Positions 1 through 11,767 of a DNA stretch of 64,000 nt are shown here, piece after piece. The notes beneath the pieces are model-generated. The model was not told the origin of the DNA. It did not search any database and saw only the letters and a list, made by a program, of their open reading frames with translations. Numbering within the stretch: position 1 is the first letter of the stretch; the number at the start of each line of letters is the position of its first letter. Source of the stretch: Alphaproteobacteria bacterium (GTDB lineage Bacteria > Pseudomonadota > Alphaproteobacteria > SP197). The DNA lies in assembly GCA_965228895.1 (NCBI GenBank), contig OZ245842.1, positions 4,448,001 through 4,512,000 on the forward strand, in the 5' to 3' direction. The position numbers and the translations under genes are program-made.

Positions 1-649
1 CGCGCAAGAACACGTCAAATGTCTTGCCCGACAAGACCTCGACCAGGTGGCCGAGCACATCGTTCGAGACGCCATAGGTCCATCGCGCGCCCGGGTGGTG
101 ATCGAGCGGCACGTCGGCAAGGCGCGCGACGACCTCGGCGAGCGGCCCGTCCTGGGGCTCGAAGTCGACATGGCGCTCCAGGTAGAGCCGGGTCAACGCC
201 TCACCGCCGGAGAACCCATAGGTGAAACCGGCGGTGTGCATGAAGAGATCGCGCACGGTGATTGCGCGGGCGGCTGGTTCGGTGTCGATGCTGTGTTCGT
301 CGGACCCGGTCCTGACCTCCATCTCGGCCAAGGCCGGGATAAAGGCGCCGACCGGATCGTCCATCTGGTAGAGACCTTCTTCATAAAGCATCAGCGCCGC
401 GACAGCGGTGACCGGTTTCGACATGGAATAGAAGCGCAGGATCGCGTCGTGCGTGATCGGCTTGGCGGCCTCGACATCGCCCATGCCAGCCGCGTCGACA
501 TAGACGATGTTGCCGCCGCGCGCGACCAGCGTCATTGCCCACGGCAGCTTGCCGGCATCGACATAGGACCGCATCCACGGGCCGATGCGCGCCAAGCGTT
601 CCGCCGACATGCCGACGTTCTCGGGCCGGGTCGTTATCTCAAGAGACAT
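1..649 (-). CDS. Serine hydrolase, beta-lactamase-like family (runs off the window edge)
   Basis: Manual translation from ATG 649: MSLEITTRPENVGMSAERLARI...RFYSMSKPVT (SxxK)...LLMHTAG. Absent from the ORF track because it has no stop inside the window. Confidence 0.85.
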   Translation of the reverse strand, partial: MSLEITTRPENVGMSAERLARIGPWMRSYVDAGKLPWAMTLVARGGNIVYVDAAGMGDVEAAKPITHDAILRFYSMSKPVTAVAALMLYEEGLYQMDDPVGAFIPALAEMEVRTGSDEHSIDTEPAARAITVRDLFMHTAGFTYGFSGGEALTRLYLERHVDFEPQDGPLAEVVARLADVPLDHHPGARWTYGVSNDVLGHLVEVLSGKTFDVFLR

Positions 650-654
650 CGCCG

Positions 655-1803
655 TTAGACCTGCTCGTTGCTGAGACCGCGCGGGATCAGCTTTTCGGCG
701 TCATAGAACGGCAGCGTCACGACCTCGCCGGCATGCTCCGCACCGTCGGGCAGACGCACGGTTACCTTTTCGCCAGGTCCGGAACCCGGGCGATCGAAAC
801 GCACGTAACCGACGCCAAACTCAAGGTAGGGCGACCAGGCGCCGGTCGTCGTCCAACCGGCGGGTTTGCCGTCGACCAGGACCTGGCTGCCGCGCACCGG
901 CGCTGCACCCGGCACCTTCAGGCCGTAGAAAAGGCAGGTCCTGTCTGCCTTTTCCAGCGCCGCCCGGCCAATGAAGTCGTCCTTATTGAGATCGACGAAC
1001 TTGCCGAGCCCGGCCTGGAACGGGGTCATCGACCTGTCCATGTCCGTGCCGTTATCCAGAATACCGCCTTCGATACGGCGGATGCCCATGGAATCGAGGC
1101 CGGTGCCGATCACGCTGTGGGGTTCGCCAGCCGCCATCAGGTCGTTCCAGAGTTTCGGTCCGTCGACATCGCCGAGGGTATAGAGCTCGAAGCCCATCTC
1201 GTTGGTCCAGCCGGTGCGCGAGACGACGAGATCCTGACCGCCGATGCGGCAGAAGGCGGTGTCGAAATAGCGGAAGGGATCAGGCAGGCCGCCCTCGGCG
1301 GCATCGGCCAGAATGTCGAGCGACTTCGGACCCTGTACCTGCAGCACCCAGGAGTTGGGATCCCTGACCGTCACGTCCATGCCGATGGCGTGCGCCATCA
1401 GCCAACCCATGAAGTCGCCGTCGGCCTGGACATAGAAGAAGCGATCTTGGGCAAGCCTTAAGAGAACGCCGTCCATCAGGATGCCGCCATCGGCCAGACA
1501 GGCGAGACCATAGCTGGCGCGCCCGACCTTCACCTTGCCGATGTCGCGGGTCAGCACCCGGTTCAGCAGACGCTCGGCATCCGGCCCGACGATCTCCAAT
1601 GGCGTCTCCGGCACGTCGTACATTGCGGCCGCCCGGCGCAGCGTCCAATAGTTGGCAACGACGTCGTCGCCCAAATGCCAGGGGTAGAGACGACGGTTAT
1701 AGACGCCGACCAGCGTGCCCGGCTTGGCATAGGCGTCATAGAACGGCGAAACCCGAAAACGGTGGGCTCGGATGTCGTAAGGCTGTTCGGCGGCGACGGG
1801 CAT
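655..1803 (-). CDS. GcvT/DmdA-like aminomethyltransferase family protein
   Basis: Motifs AAMYDVP..LEIVGPDA, DGGILMDG, QVQGPKS, SRTGWTNEMGFE, RRIEGG, TPFQAGLG, LPFYD. Start moved to ATG 1803 (MPVAAEQ) after an AGGA. Confidence 0.85.
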   Translation of the reverse strand: MPVAAEQPYDIRAHRFRVSPFYDAYAKPGTLVGVYNRRLYPWHLGDDVVANYWTLRRAAAMYDVPETPLEIVGPDAERLLNRVLTRDIGKVKVGRASYGLACLADGGILMDGVLLRLAQDRFFYVQADGDFMGWLMAHAIGMDVTVRDPNSWVLQVQGPKSLDILADAAEGGLPDPFRYFDTAFCRIGGQDLVVSRTGWTNEMGFELYTLGDVDGPKLWNDLMAAGEPHSVIGTGLDSMGIRRIEGGILDNGTDMDRSMTPFQAGLGKFVDLNKDDFIGRAALEKADRTCLFYGLKVPGAAPVRGSQVLVDGKPAGWTTTGAWSPYLEFGVGYVRFDRPGSGPGEKVTVRLPDGAEHAGEVVTLPFYDAEKLIPRGLSNEQV

Positions 1804-1865
1804 GACAATGTCCTGGAGTAGCGAAGCCAGCGACGCTAGCGCCAGCGCCCCGGAGAATCCAGCGA

Positions 1866-2135
1866 TCAGCGGTAGACGGCGTCGCCAAATTCCGTCTTCT
1901 TGGCTGTCCACGTATGGAAGTCGAGGACCTTGATGTCATAGCGCGTGACCAGATCGGCAAGACCGCCGGCGACCATCTCGTGGTACTGCGGCAGGCCGGT
2001 TTCATAGACAACGGTATGAACCTTGGCGGGGTCGGGCACTATATGACCGAGAACCGCCTTGCGGCCGTCAGGGCTCATTACGGTCATGAGATAGGCGCCG
2101 CCGTGACTGCCACCCATCAGGCCAAAAAGCTCCAT
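1866..2135 (-). CDS. Small hypothetical protein (89 aa)
   Basis: Fills the gap between prfC and the aminomethyltransferase on the same strand, with genome-typical codon usage. Confidence 0.55.
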   Translation of the reverse strand: MELFGLMGGSHGGAYLMTVMSPDGRKAVLGHIVPDPAKVHTVVYETGLPQYHEMVAGGLADLVTRYDIKVLDFHTWTAKKTEFGDAVYR

Positions 2136-2145
2136 CGCGGCCAGA

Positions 2146-3756
<1,611 letters not shown>

Positions 3757-4163
3757 GGTCTTAATCCGTTGTCTGGCGGGAACGATGTGGCGCCCACCGG
3801 TGTCTCGCGGCGTCTATGTCGTCTCTCCGGAGCGATTTGTCCAGTCGGCCGTCCCCGGCAACGTCGCGTTCTCAAGGCCGTTCGAACACCACTCCATTGC
3901 ATGCCAGATCGGAAGAGATCCCTAAAAACCATCCGCAGCCCAACGGACACGGCAGGCCGGGTGGATCCAGGTAACGTCTCCCACGGCGTCGGTCCGGCGA
4001 CACGCTTTGGCCAAGTTTCCTTGCCAAATCAACACATTACGTGTTCGCAAGCGGCTCTAACCGGGCCTCAACCCATTGTGAGTTTCCCAGATGAGGCGAT
4101 CGCGCGATATGTGGGTGGTCGTCACTGCAGAATTTGCCCCCAATCTGCTACGTTAGAGGCGAA

Positions 4164-4622
4164 ATGAAGCTGAATCGCACCTTTGCCGCCCTGGCGATCG
4201 CCACCGGCCTGATACTGTCTGGCCCTTCAGTGGCCTATGACGTCACCAGTATCGCTTCGCCCGGTGGCATGCAGGTGGAAGCCTGGATCGAGGGCGATAA
4301 TCGCCTGGTGATCGGCCTGATCCCCGGTGACGGCACCAAGCTGAACGGTCAGTTGGGTGTCGCGATCAGCGGCAAGGCATCGGATGCCTGGGACCAAGAG
4401 TTGCCGCTCGTGGTCACGGAAGAAGGCGATTACTTCGAGTTCCCCTTCAGCGAGACCGTCTCATTCGATCCCACCGCATTGAACGAACCCTCGACCCTGT
4501 CGGTCGAGTACGGCACCTGTCAGCTTGCCGCGGCGATCTGCATCTTCGAAGAGACGGAAATCGTCGTCCATCCCGCCGAAGACGGCGCGCCCTGGGTATC
4601 GCTCACGAATGTGATGCCCTAA
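4164..4622 (+). CDS. Secreted hypothetical protein; Cys pair loosely reminiscent of the DsbD N-terminal domain
   Basis: ATG 4164 after AGAGG. Signal peptide MKLNRTFAALAIATGLILSGPSVA; acidic, beta-rich body; YGTCQLAAAIC. Confidence 0.6.
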   Translation: MKLNRTFAALAIATGLILSGPSVAYDVTSIASPGGMQVEAWIEGDNRLVIGLIPGDGTKLNGQLGVAISGKASDAWDQELPLVVTEEGDYFEFPFSETVSFDPTALNEPSTLSVEYGTCQLAAAICIFEETEIVVHPAEDGAPWVSLTNVMP

Positions 4623-4667
4623 GCCGGTCGTCTCCCAAACGGTACGGCCCTTGACCGACGCTCTCAG

Positions 4668-6407
4668 CTAGCTTCCAGCACCAACTTTCTTTCGACCGCT
4701 TTTGCGAACCCGGCGTGTTGCCGCGTGGTCTGGCTTGCCGTCATTTCGAATGACGACGCCATAAGCGGTCCGGGCGGACTTCCTGCTTAAGAGACCGGCC
4801 GCAACATCACGCTGCACGTCCTCAGGCGGCCGTTCGAACGGGTCGCCGTATCCACCACCACCCGGCGTTTGAAAGATCAGACGTTCACCAGCTGGGATCT
4901 GCTGCTGGCCCTTGCCGCTGAACACGCGACCCGATGCCAATGCGATGTGGCCGGGTGCACCGCTTGCCCCACCGTCACGCCCGAGCGCCGGATACTTGAC
5001 CCGGTCGACCGAGGCGAACAGGGAGAACGGGGCGCCTTCCCGGTTCTCGACTTCGATGATCTGACCCAAACCACCGCGTGTTCGACCCGGGCCGCCTGAA
5101 TCCTCGCGCAGCTCGCGCCGGCGGATCAGCAGAGGCGTGATGCTTTCGCTGATCTCCACCTGGGACCCATAAACGCCGCTCGGGAACCCGGTGGCGGAGA
5201 GGCCATCCTTGGCCGGCCGCGCGCCGGTGCCGCCGTTATGGGTGAGTTCAATGGCGAAGGGTGTCGCGTTGCCGCGGCCGCCCGCGTCGAAGCCGCCACG
5301 AATTGGCAGGTCGTACATGCACGATGCGCCCTCGGCGGGGATCTGGCCCGGCAGGGCCTGGTGCAGGCAACCAAAGACAAGGTCGGGCATGATCTGGCCG
5401 ATGATGTGGCGCTGTGCCACCGGCGCCGGCCGCTGGGCATTGAGGATACAGCCTTCCGGCCCGGTCACGCGGAACGGCGCCAGCGAGCCCGCGTTGTTGG
5501 GCACCTCCGGCGCGACGATGCAGCGCAGCCCGAACACCGTATAGGCGGTCGCATAGTTCAGCGGCACGTTGATGCCGTAGCGCGAGCACGGCGAACTGCC
5601 ATCGAAGTCGACGACCATGTGGTCATCGTGGACACTAAGGCTGGCGACCAACTCGATCTCGAAATCGTAACCGTCCAGCATCATCGTGTTGCGGTAGACG
5701 CCGTTGGGGATGTCGCGAATGGCCTCGATGGTGACCGCGGACGACCGCTCAATGATGTAACCGGCCAGGGCATCCAGGCGGTCGATGGCGAACTCGTTCA
5801 TCATCGCCGCAAGGCGATCGGACGCGACGTCACAGCACGCGATCAGCGCATAGATATCGCCCTCGTTCTGCGACGGCGAACGGGAGTTCGACTTGATGAG
5901 GGTGAGCAATGTCTCGTTGATCTTGCCGGCATCGACCAGCTTGATCAGCGGGATCAACAGACCCTCGTCAAAGACGTCGCTGCCGTCGGGGCCCATGCCC
6001 AGACCGCCGAGGTCGACAAGATGCGATGTGCACGACACCAGCCCGACCAGTTGGCGGCCTTTGAACGAAGGCTGCACCAGTACGAAATCGTTCAAGTGGC
6101 CTGATCCCAGCCACGGATCGTTGGTCAGATAGGTGTCGCCAGGCTGCATGGTCTCAAGCGGGAAGGCCTCGATGAAGTACTTCACCGACTCCGCCATGGT
6201 GTTGATGTGGCCGGGCGTGCCGGTGACCGCCTGGGCCAGCATGTTGCCCTTAAGATCAAAAACGCCGGCGGAGATGTCGCCGCTCTCGCGCACGATTGGG
6301 CTGAATGCTGCGCGCATCAGCGTTTCCGACTGTTCGTTGACCACGGACAACAGCCGGTTCCACATCACCTGAAGGTCGATCGCGGCGGCTTGCGAGATTT
6401 TTTTCAC
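4668..6407 (-). CDS. Hydantoinase B / oxoprolinase family protein
   Basis: AFSPIVRESGD, TNDPWLGSGHLND, SHLVDLGG, DSGGPGRTRGG, TPGGGGYGDP. GTG start after GAGGAG. Confidence 0.93.
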   Translation of the reverse strand: MKKISQAAAIDLQVMWNRLLSVVNEQSETLMRAAFSPIVRESGDISAGVFDLKGNMLAQAVTGTPGHINTMAESVKYFIEAFPLETMQPGDTYLTNDPWLGSGHLNDFVLVQPSFKGRQLVGLVSCTSHLVDLGGLGMGPDGSDVFDEGLLIPLIKLVDAGKINETLLTLIKSNSRSPSQNEGDIYALIACCDVASDRLAAMMNEFAIDRLDALAGYIIERSSAVTIEAIRDIPNGVYRNTMMLDGYDFEIELVASLSVHDDHMVVDFDGSSPCSRYGINVPLNYATAYTVFGLRCIVAPEVPNNAGSLAPFRVTGPEGCILNAQRPAPVAQRHIIGQIMPDLVFGCLHQALPGQIPAEGASCMYDLPIRGGFDAGGRGNATPFAIELTHNGGTGARPAKDGLSATGFPSGVYGSQVEISESITPLLIRRRELREDSGGPGRTRGGLGQIIEVENREGAPFSLFASVDRVKYPALGRDGGASGAPGHIALASGRVFSGKGQQQIPAGERLIFQTPGGGGYGDPFERPPEDVQRDVAAGLLSRKSARTAYGVVIRNDGKPDHAATRRVRKSGRKKVGAGS

Positions 6408-6422
6408 GGTTCGACTCCTCAC

Positions 6423-8504
6423 CTAAGCCTGCCGGTTCATGACGATGTTGCCGCCGCGGTCGATCACCGCGTTGAAACGGGGACCGACCAGGGTCGTCGT
6501 CTGCGGTTCGACGATCAGCGCCGGTCCCTCGATACGGTCGCCGACCTTGAGGTTGTCGCGGTCAAAGGATGGCACTTTGGCCGCCCGCTTGGCGCCGCCA
6601 AGATAGACCGAGACGCTGCCGTTGGCGGCCGGCTTCGATGTCTTGCCGGGTTTTCTGAGTTTCGGAGCGGCGGTTTCTTCGGTCGAAACCGTGACCGCCC
6701 AATTCAGAATCTCAATGTCCACGTTGGGCACCGTCCGCCCGAACAGCTTCAGATAGAGTTCGGTGTAGGTAGCGAGCAGGATCCCGGCGGTTCTCGCGGT
6801 GACGCGGCCATTGGGGACAGGCACCTCGATCTCGTGGCCCTGGCCCATGTAGCGCATGAAGGCGACACGGTTCTTCTGAAGCGTGCCCTTGGACGCGCCG
6901 GCACGCACCACGCCCGTGGCCTTTTTCTCCATCGCCGCAAACAGGCGGCTGACCGCAGCAGCATTGAACGTTTCGATGGTCATGTAGAGGCTACGAATAA
7001 TCTCGAACGAGATCGGCGCACTCAAAAAGCCAACCGCCGAACCAACGCCCGGGTCCCTCGGGATGATGATCTGGGAGACGCCAATTTTGTCAGCCACGCG
7101 CGTCGCATGCAGAGGACCATTGCCGCCGAACGCAATCAGCGATCGCGTCGTCAGTTCTTTGGCATGTTCGACCGCGTGAACGCGCGCCGCGTTCGCCATG
7201 TTTTCGTCGACCATCTGCGAGATTCCATAGGCGGCGGTCGCGCTGGCGATGCCAAGCTGGCTGCCAACCTGTTCGTCGACAGCTGCCTTTGCCGCCCTGG
7301 TGTCGAGCGTCACGCGCCCTTCGGCAAATCGTTTGGGGTCGATCAAACCCAGGGCGACGTCGCTGTCGGTGACCGTCGGCGCGTCGCCGCCTCGGCCATA
7401 ACAGGCCGGGCCCGGATCGGCTCCAGCGCTTTCGGGTCCGACCGCGATACGGCCAAGCGAATCAACGGTCGCGACCGAACCGCCGCCGGCGCCGATTTCG
7501 ATCATCTCGATCACCGGGATGCGCACCGGCAGGCCGCTGCCTTTCATAAAGCGCGCGGCCCTGGCGATCTCGAACTCGCGCGACTTCTGCGGCTTGGCGT
7601 CATCGATCAGGCAGACCTTTGCCGTCGTGCCGCCCATGTCGAACGAGACGGCTTCGTGCACACCGCATTGCCGGGCGATCGTGCTGGCCAGGATGGCGCC
7701 GCCGCTCGGTCCCGATTCCACCAAGCGAATGGGGAAACGTATGGCCGTATCGACCGTCGTCATGCCGCCGCCGGAGGTCATGATGTAGAGCGGACAAGCG
7801 AACCCTTCGCGCACGAGCGCGTCTTGCAGGTCATGCAGGTAACGGCTCATCAGGGGTTTGATGTAGGCGTTCGCGATCGCCGTGCAGCAACGATCGTACT
7901 CGCGTATCTCCGGGCAGACTTTCGACGACAACGTGATTGAGATGTCAGGAAGCCGGGCACGGATGAGTTCGCGAAGCCGCTCCTCGTGCATCGAATTGGC
8001 GTAACTGTGCAGAAGACAAACCGCCAGACTTTCGACGCCGTCGGCCTTCAACCGTTCAACGACGTCGTCGATTTCCGACTCATCAAGCGGATCGACAACA
8101 TCGCCGTTCGCGTCCAAACGCTCGGCGATGGCATAGCAGCGCTCGCGCGGCACCAGCATATCCGGCTTGTCGAGATTGATGGCGTATTGGTCGTAGCGCC
8201 GCTCGTAGGCGATCTCCAGAATATCGCGAAAGCCGCGTGTGGTGATCAGACCAAGCTTCGCGCCCTTGCGTTCGATCAAGGCATTGGTTGCCAGCGTCGT
8301 GCCGTGGACAACCGACGTGACGTCGCGCGGCTCGACGCCGGAACTCGCCAGAATGGCGTGAACACCTTCCAGAACACCGTCGACCGGATGGGACGCGGTG
8401 GTCAGCGTCTTGGCCGTGGTTAGCGATCTGCCGAGCGCAAGCGCCGTATCGGTGAACGTCCCGCCGATGTCGATCGCCAGGCGGGCATTGTGTTGCGCGG
8501 CCAT
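6423..8504 (-). CDS. Hydantoinase A / oxoprolinase family protein
   Basis: IDIGGTFTD, HGTTLATNALIERKG, TTRGFRD, ESGPSGG, DMGGTT, IGAGGGS, GPESAGADPGPACY. Confidence 0.93.
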   Translation of the reverse strand: MAAQHNARLAIDIGGTFTDTALALGRSLTTAKTLTTASHPVDGVLEGVHAILASSGVEPRDVTSVVHGTTLATNALIERKGAKLGLITTRGFRDILEIAYERRYDQYAINLDKPDMLVPRERCYAIAERLDANGDVVDPLDESEIDDVVERLKADGVESLAVCLLHSYANSMHEERLRELIRARLPDISITLSSKVCPEIREYDRCCTAIANAYIKPLMSRYLHDLQDALVREGFACPLYIMTSGGGMTTVDTAIRFPIRLVESGPSGGAILASTIARQCGVHEAVSFDMGGTTAKVCLIDDAKPQKSREFEIARAARFMKGSGLPVRIPVIEMIEIGAGGGSVATVDSLGRIAVGPESAGADPGPACYGRGGDAPTVTDSDVALGLIDPKRFAEGRVTLDTRAAKAAVDEQVGSQLGIASATAAYGISQMVDENMANAARVHAVEHAKELTTRSLIAFGGNGPLHATRVADKIGVSQIIIPRDPGVGSAVGFLSAPISFEIIRSLYMTIETFNAAAVSRLFAAMEKKATGVVRAGASKGTLQKNRVAFMRYMGQGHEIEVPVPNGRVTARTAGILLATYTELYLKLFGRTVPNVDIEILNWAVTVSTEETAAPKLRKPGKTSKPAANGSVSVYLGGAKRAAKVPSFDRDNLKVGDRIEGPALIVEPQTTTLVGPRFNAVIDRGGNIVMNRQA

Positions 8505-8709
8505 CAGCGGCGCACGGTTTCGGCAATCAGCATGTTTTGAAACGACATGGCGTGGCCTCGGTTTCTCGACGGTGAATTCGACGACATATTTCAATCGCCG
8601 ATTCACGGTTCCAGCGACAACAATCACACGACATGCGCGGACCCGATTCCGACTCGCCGGGAACGCGTCGCAGTCAAATTCGGCCTTGGCTCGCCTGGCT
8701 TTCTCGGGC

Positions 8710-9729
8710 CTATGGACGGTCGATCGGGCGACCGTCGGAAGGCAACATAGTCGACATCGTTACGCGATCCTCGCTGGGCGGCAGACCAAACAGCCGACGA
8801 TAGCATCGGGCGAAGTACGACGTTGATTCGAAGCCACATGCCGCCGCGACCTCCAAGACCGGCATCGACGTTCCTTTCAAAAGCGTCCGCGCGCGATGCA
8901 GGCGCAGCTGCAGGTAATAGGCGCGCGGCGTGCAGTCCATGTGGCGGCGGAACAGTCGTTCGAGGTGACGCACGGAAACGTCGATCCGGCGCGCGATCTC
9001 CACCAGGCTGACCGGGACCTCCAAGTTTTCTTCCATGACCTCAACGGCGCGAACGATCGCCCGGTGCCGGATGCCCAGGCGAAACGGCAACTCCGAGCGT
9101 TGGTGTTCGCGTTCAGACCTGATCTCCTTGACGATCACCTGTTCGGCGACCTTAAGCGCCAGTTCGATACCGTGACGGGCCGCGACCATGGAGAGCAGCA
9201 TGTCCATCGCCGAGGTGCCGCCGGAGCACGTGAAGACGGAGCCATCGATCTCAAAAATCTCCGTCGAGACGTCGAGATGCGGATAGGTCTCCTGGAATGC
9301 AGCGAGATCTTCCCAGTGGATCGTGCAGCGCTTGCCGTCGAGCAGTCCGGCGCGGGCCAAGACCCAACTCCCGGTCGAGATCGCACCGATCCTGGCGCCG
9401 TGAGCATGTTGCCGGCGTAACCAGGCGCTGACACGTTCGTCACGAAACTGGTTGCCGCCAATGCCGCAGCACACGACGATCGATGATGGGCTGGGCGCGT
9501 CCACAAGCGTGTAGTCGGGAGCCACCTTGAACCCGCTGACGCTGTCGACGGTGCCCGCCTCGACGCCCACGGAAAACCAACGATAGAGCTGGCGGCCGCT
9601 GACATAGTTGGCCATGGCGAGCACGTCGGCGGCCGACGACAGGCCGACGAAGGAAAACCGCTCGATCAGCAGAAAGCCGAAGGTTTCGGTATCCAGGCTA
9701 TCGGCAAACGCTTTGGATTGAGGTGCCAT
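8710..9729 (-). CDS. GlxA-family (DJ-1/AraC) transcriptional regulator
   Basis: ISTGSWVLARAGLLDGKRCTIHWE, TCSGG, and a C-terminal AraC HTH (RHLERLF...ACGFESTSYFARCY). Confidence 0.9.
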   Translation of the reverse strand: MAPQSKAFADSLDTETFGFLLIERFSFVGLSSAADVLAMANYVSGRQLYRWFSVGVEAGTVDSVSGFKVAPDYTLVDAPSPSSIVVCCGIGGNQFRDERVSAWLRRQHAHGARIGAISTGSWVLARAGLLDGKRCTIHWEDLAAFQETYPHLDVSTEIFEIDGSVFTCSGGTSAMDMLLSMVAARHGIELALKVAEQVIVKEIRSEREHQRSELPFRLGIRHRAIVRAVEVMEENLEVPVSLVEIARRIDVSVRHLERLFRRHMDCTPRAYYLQLRLHRARTLLKGTSMPVLEVAAACGFESTSYFARCYRRLFGLPPSEDRVTMSTMLPSDGRPIDRP

Positions 9730-9805
9730 GGCCACGTGGAGCAGTGCCGCGCCGCTCCGTGGCCGGCGGAGACAAGACCTGGCCGCGCTGACGCGGCGTC
9801 GGGAT

Positions 9806-10192
9806 CTAGTCTGCGCCCAGGTAAGCCACACAATCCATCTTAATCAGCATGTCCCATACCTGGCCCGCGCCGACGGTTAGGCGCGCCGGATAGGGTTCGC
9901 TGAAGTATTCACCATAGACCGCGTTGAACGCTTCGTAGTCAGAACTCTCCTGCAGGTAGACGCTCATCTTGACGACGTCGTCCAGGCCCGCGCCGCACGC
10001 CCTCAGGATCGCCTCGATGTTCGCCATGGTGTGGCGCGTCTGCTCGGCGACCGTGTCCCCCAGGATGGCGTGGGTTTCGGGATGCAGCGCGCCGATGCCC
10101 GACAGGAAGACGAAGTCGCCGGCCTTCACCGCAGGCGCATAGGGACCGGCGCCATAGGGCGCATCGTCGGCAATCACGGCTGTTCGCGGCAT
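9806..10192 (-). CDS. RidA/YjgF family protein
   Basis: GPYAPAVKAGDFVFLSG, AEQTRHTMANI, FNAVYGEYF..PYPAR. Confidence 0.9.
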   Translation of the reverse strand: MPRTAVIADDAPYGAGPYAPAVKAGDFVFLSGIGALHPETHAILGDTVAEQTRHTMANIEAILRACGAGLDDVVKMSVYLQESSDYEAFNAVYGEYFSEPYPARLTVGAGQVWDMLIKMDCVAYLGAD

Positions 10193-10309
10193 GGCGCCCG
10201 TCTCCTCAAATCGGTTGGGCGGCCATGATGCGGCACCGGCCGCGTATCGACCGGCAGACCAGCGACATCAAGACGCCGGCAAACGACACCTTGTCTGCGA
10301 CCCCAGGCC

Positions 10310-11620
10310 CTAGCCGGGCACCTTGTGCCAAGCGCCGTCGAGACCCAGGAACTCCGCGCCATCGGCACGGTAAAACGAGGTTGCGCCGGCATCCTTCAGA
10401 ACCCGCAACATTTGCGGCAAGGGTTTGCCCTCGTCTTCCAGGCGCTCGATCACGGCAGCCGGGCCAATGACGTCCAGCATCTGGAACGGGCCGTTCTTCC
10501 ACGCGAAACCCCAGCGCATGGCGCGGTCGATATTGACGATATCGTCGGCGATCTGCGGGACCAGGTTGGCGGCATAGAGCAGCGCGCCGCCCATGAGGTC
10601 GCGGGCGAAGGCGCCCTGCACGTCTTCCGATCCCATCAGTGAGACGAGTTCGCTGTGGCCTTCGGCCAGCGCCACCTCATCGGCCAGACGCCAGTCGCCG
10701 GCATCCAGATCGAAGACTTCTTTGAGCCGCCCGCCATCCTCGGTCTTGGTGACGCGATAGAACCCGCCGCCGGTCTTGCGTCCCAACTGGCCGCGCTCCA
10801 GCATGGCCTGCTCTTCCGGCGGGAACTTGGTGTAGGCGTGGCCGGGGTCGCCCTGGGGCAGGTTGATCGCCAGGTTCTTGCCGACAAAGTCCATGACGTC
10901 GAGGCCGATCAAATCGATCAGGCCATAGAGGCCTGTCGGCGGCAGGCCGACCGGCATCGACATCAAGGCGTCGATCGTCTCCATCGAGAGGCCGGCGCCG
11001 CGCGCTTCCTTCGCCTTGTGCAGGCCCGACAGCATCCAGAAACAGCCAATGCGGTTGCCGATGAAGTTGACGGTGTCCTTGGCGTGCACGACACCCTTGC
11101 CGAGTTTTTCCGCGCCGAAGGTCGCCATCGCCTGAATGACGTCCGGCGTCGTCTCCTCGCCCGGCACCACCTCGAGCAGCTTCATCACCTTCACGGGATT
11201 GAAGAAGTGGGTGACCACGATGTCACGGCGCAGCCGTTCGGGCATGCCTTCGGTGATGGCGCTGAGCGGGATGCCCGACGTGTTGGTGCTGACGACCGAG
11301 CCTTCGTCCCGTGCGGCTTCCAGCTTCTCGAACAGGTCGCGTTTGGTGGCGAGGTCCTCGATCACGGCTTCGCAGATCCAGTCGTAACCCGCGATGCGGT
11401 CCAATTCATCAAAGGTGCCGGTTTCGATCAGCTCGGCCTTGGCGGGATCGTCCAGCGCCGGCGCGCGGCCGCCGGTGATGCGTTCCATCGACTTGTCGAC
11501 GGCCTCCTGATTGATATCCAGCAGCAGCACCTTGCAGTCGGCCATGGCGCACGCACCGGCAATGCCGGCGCCCATGGTACCGCCGCCCAGAACGGCAATC
11601 GAGGTGATCTCGCGGGTCAT
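10310..11620 (-). CDS. 3-hydroxyacyl-CoA dehydrogenase
   Basis: VLGGGTMGAGIA, EAVIEDL, STNTSGIP, HFFNP, FIGNRIG, GRKTGGGFY, MRWGFAWKNGPF. Confidence 0.92.
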   Translation of the reverse strand: MTREITSIAVLGGGTMGAGIAGACAMADCKVLLLDINQEAVDKSMERITGGRAPALDDPAKAELIETGTFDELDRIAGYDWICEAVIEDLATKRDLFEKLEAARDEGSVVSTNTSGIPLSAITEGMPERLRRDIVVTHFFNPVKVMKLLEVVPGEETTPDVIQAMATFGAEKLGKGVVHAKDTVNFIGNRIGCFWMLSGLHKAKEARGAGLSMETIDALMSMPVGLPPTGLYGLIDLIGLDVMDFVGKNLAINLPQGDPGHAYTKFPPEEQAMLERGQLGRKTGGGFYRVTKTEDGGRLKEVFDLDAGDWRLADEVALAEGHSELVSLMGSEDVQGAFARDLMGGALLYAANLVPQIADDIVNIDRAMRWGFAWKNGPFQMLDVIGPAAVIERLEDEGKPLPQMLRVLKDAGATSFYRADGAEFLGLDGAWHKVPG

Positions 11621-11767
11621 GATGGTCGCTCCCCAAAACACTATCGGGCGTTACCTAACCCATATTCCGCCGACTTGGAAACGCCACCTGATCGTGATGA
11701 CCTTCGCGCCTGGACCGCTGGTCACAGGGCGTTTAGGGTCGCCGCCGACAGCTCCAGGAGGCCGCCG

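Noticed and set aside
3757-4163. About 400 bp intergenic region as an ncRNA or sigma54 promoter
   Set aside because: The TGGC/TTGC spacing near 4008-4024 is wrong for sigma54, and I recognised no structured RNA.
10655-11767. 807 aa ORF suggesting an extended MetY
   Set aside because: The N-terminal part is antisense to the 3-hydroxyacyl-CoA dehydrogenase; the real start is ATG 11768 with GGAGG.
11625-11767. SAM riboswitch upstream of the metY-like gene
   Set aside because: I could not recognise SAM-II or SAM/SAH consensus segments; an Rfam scan would settle it.
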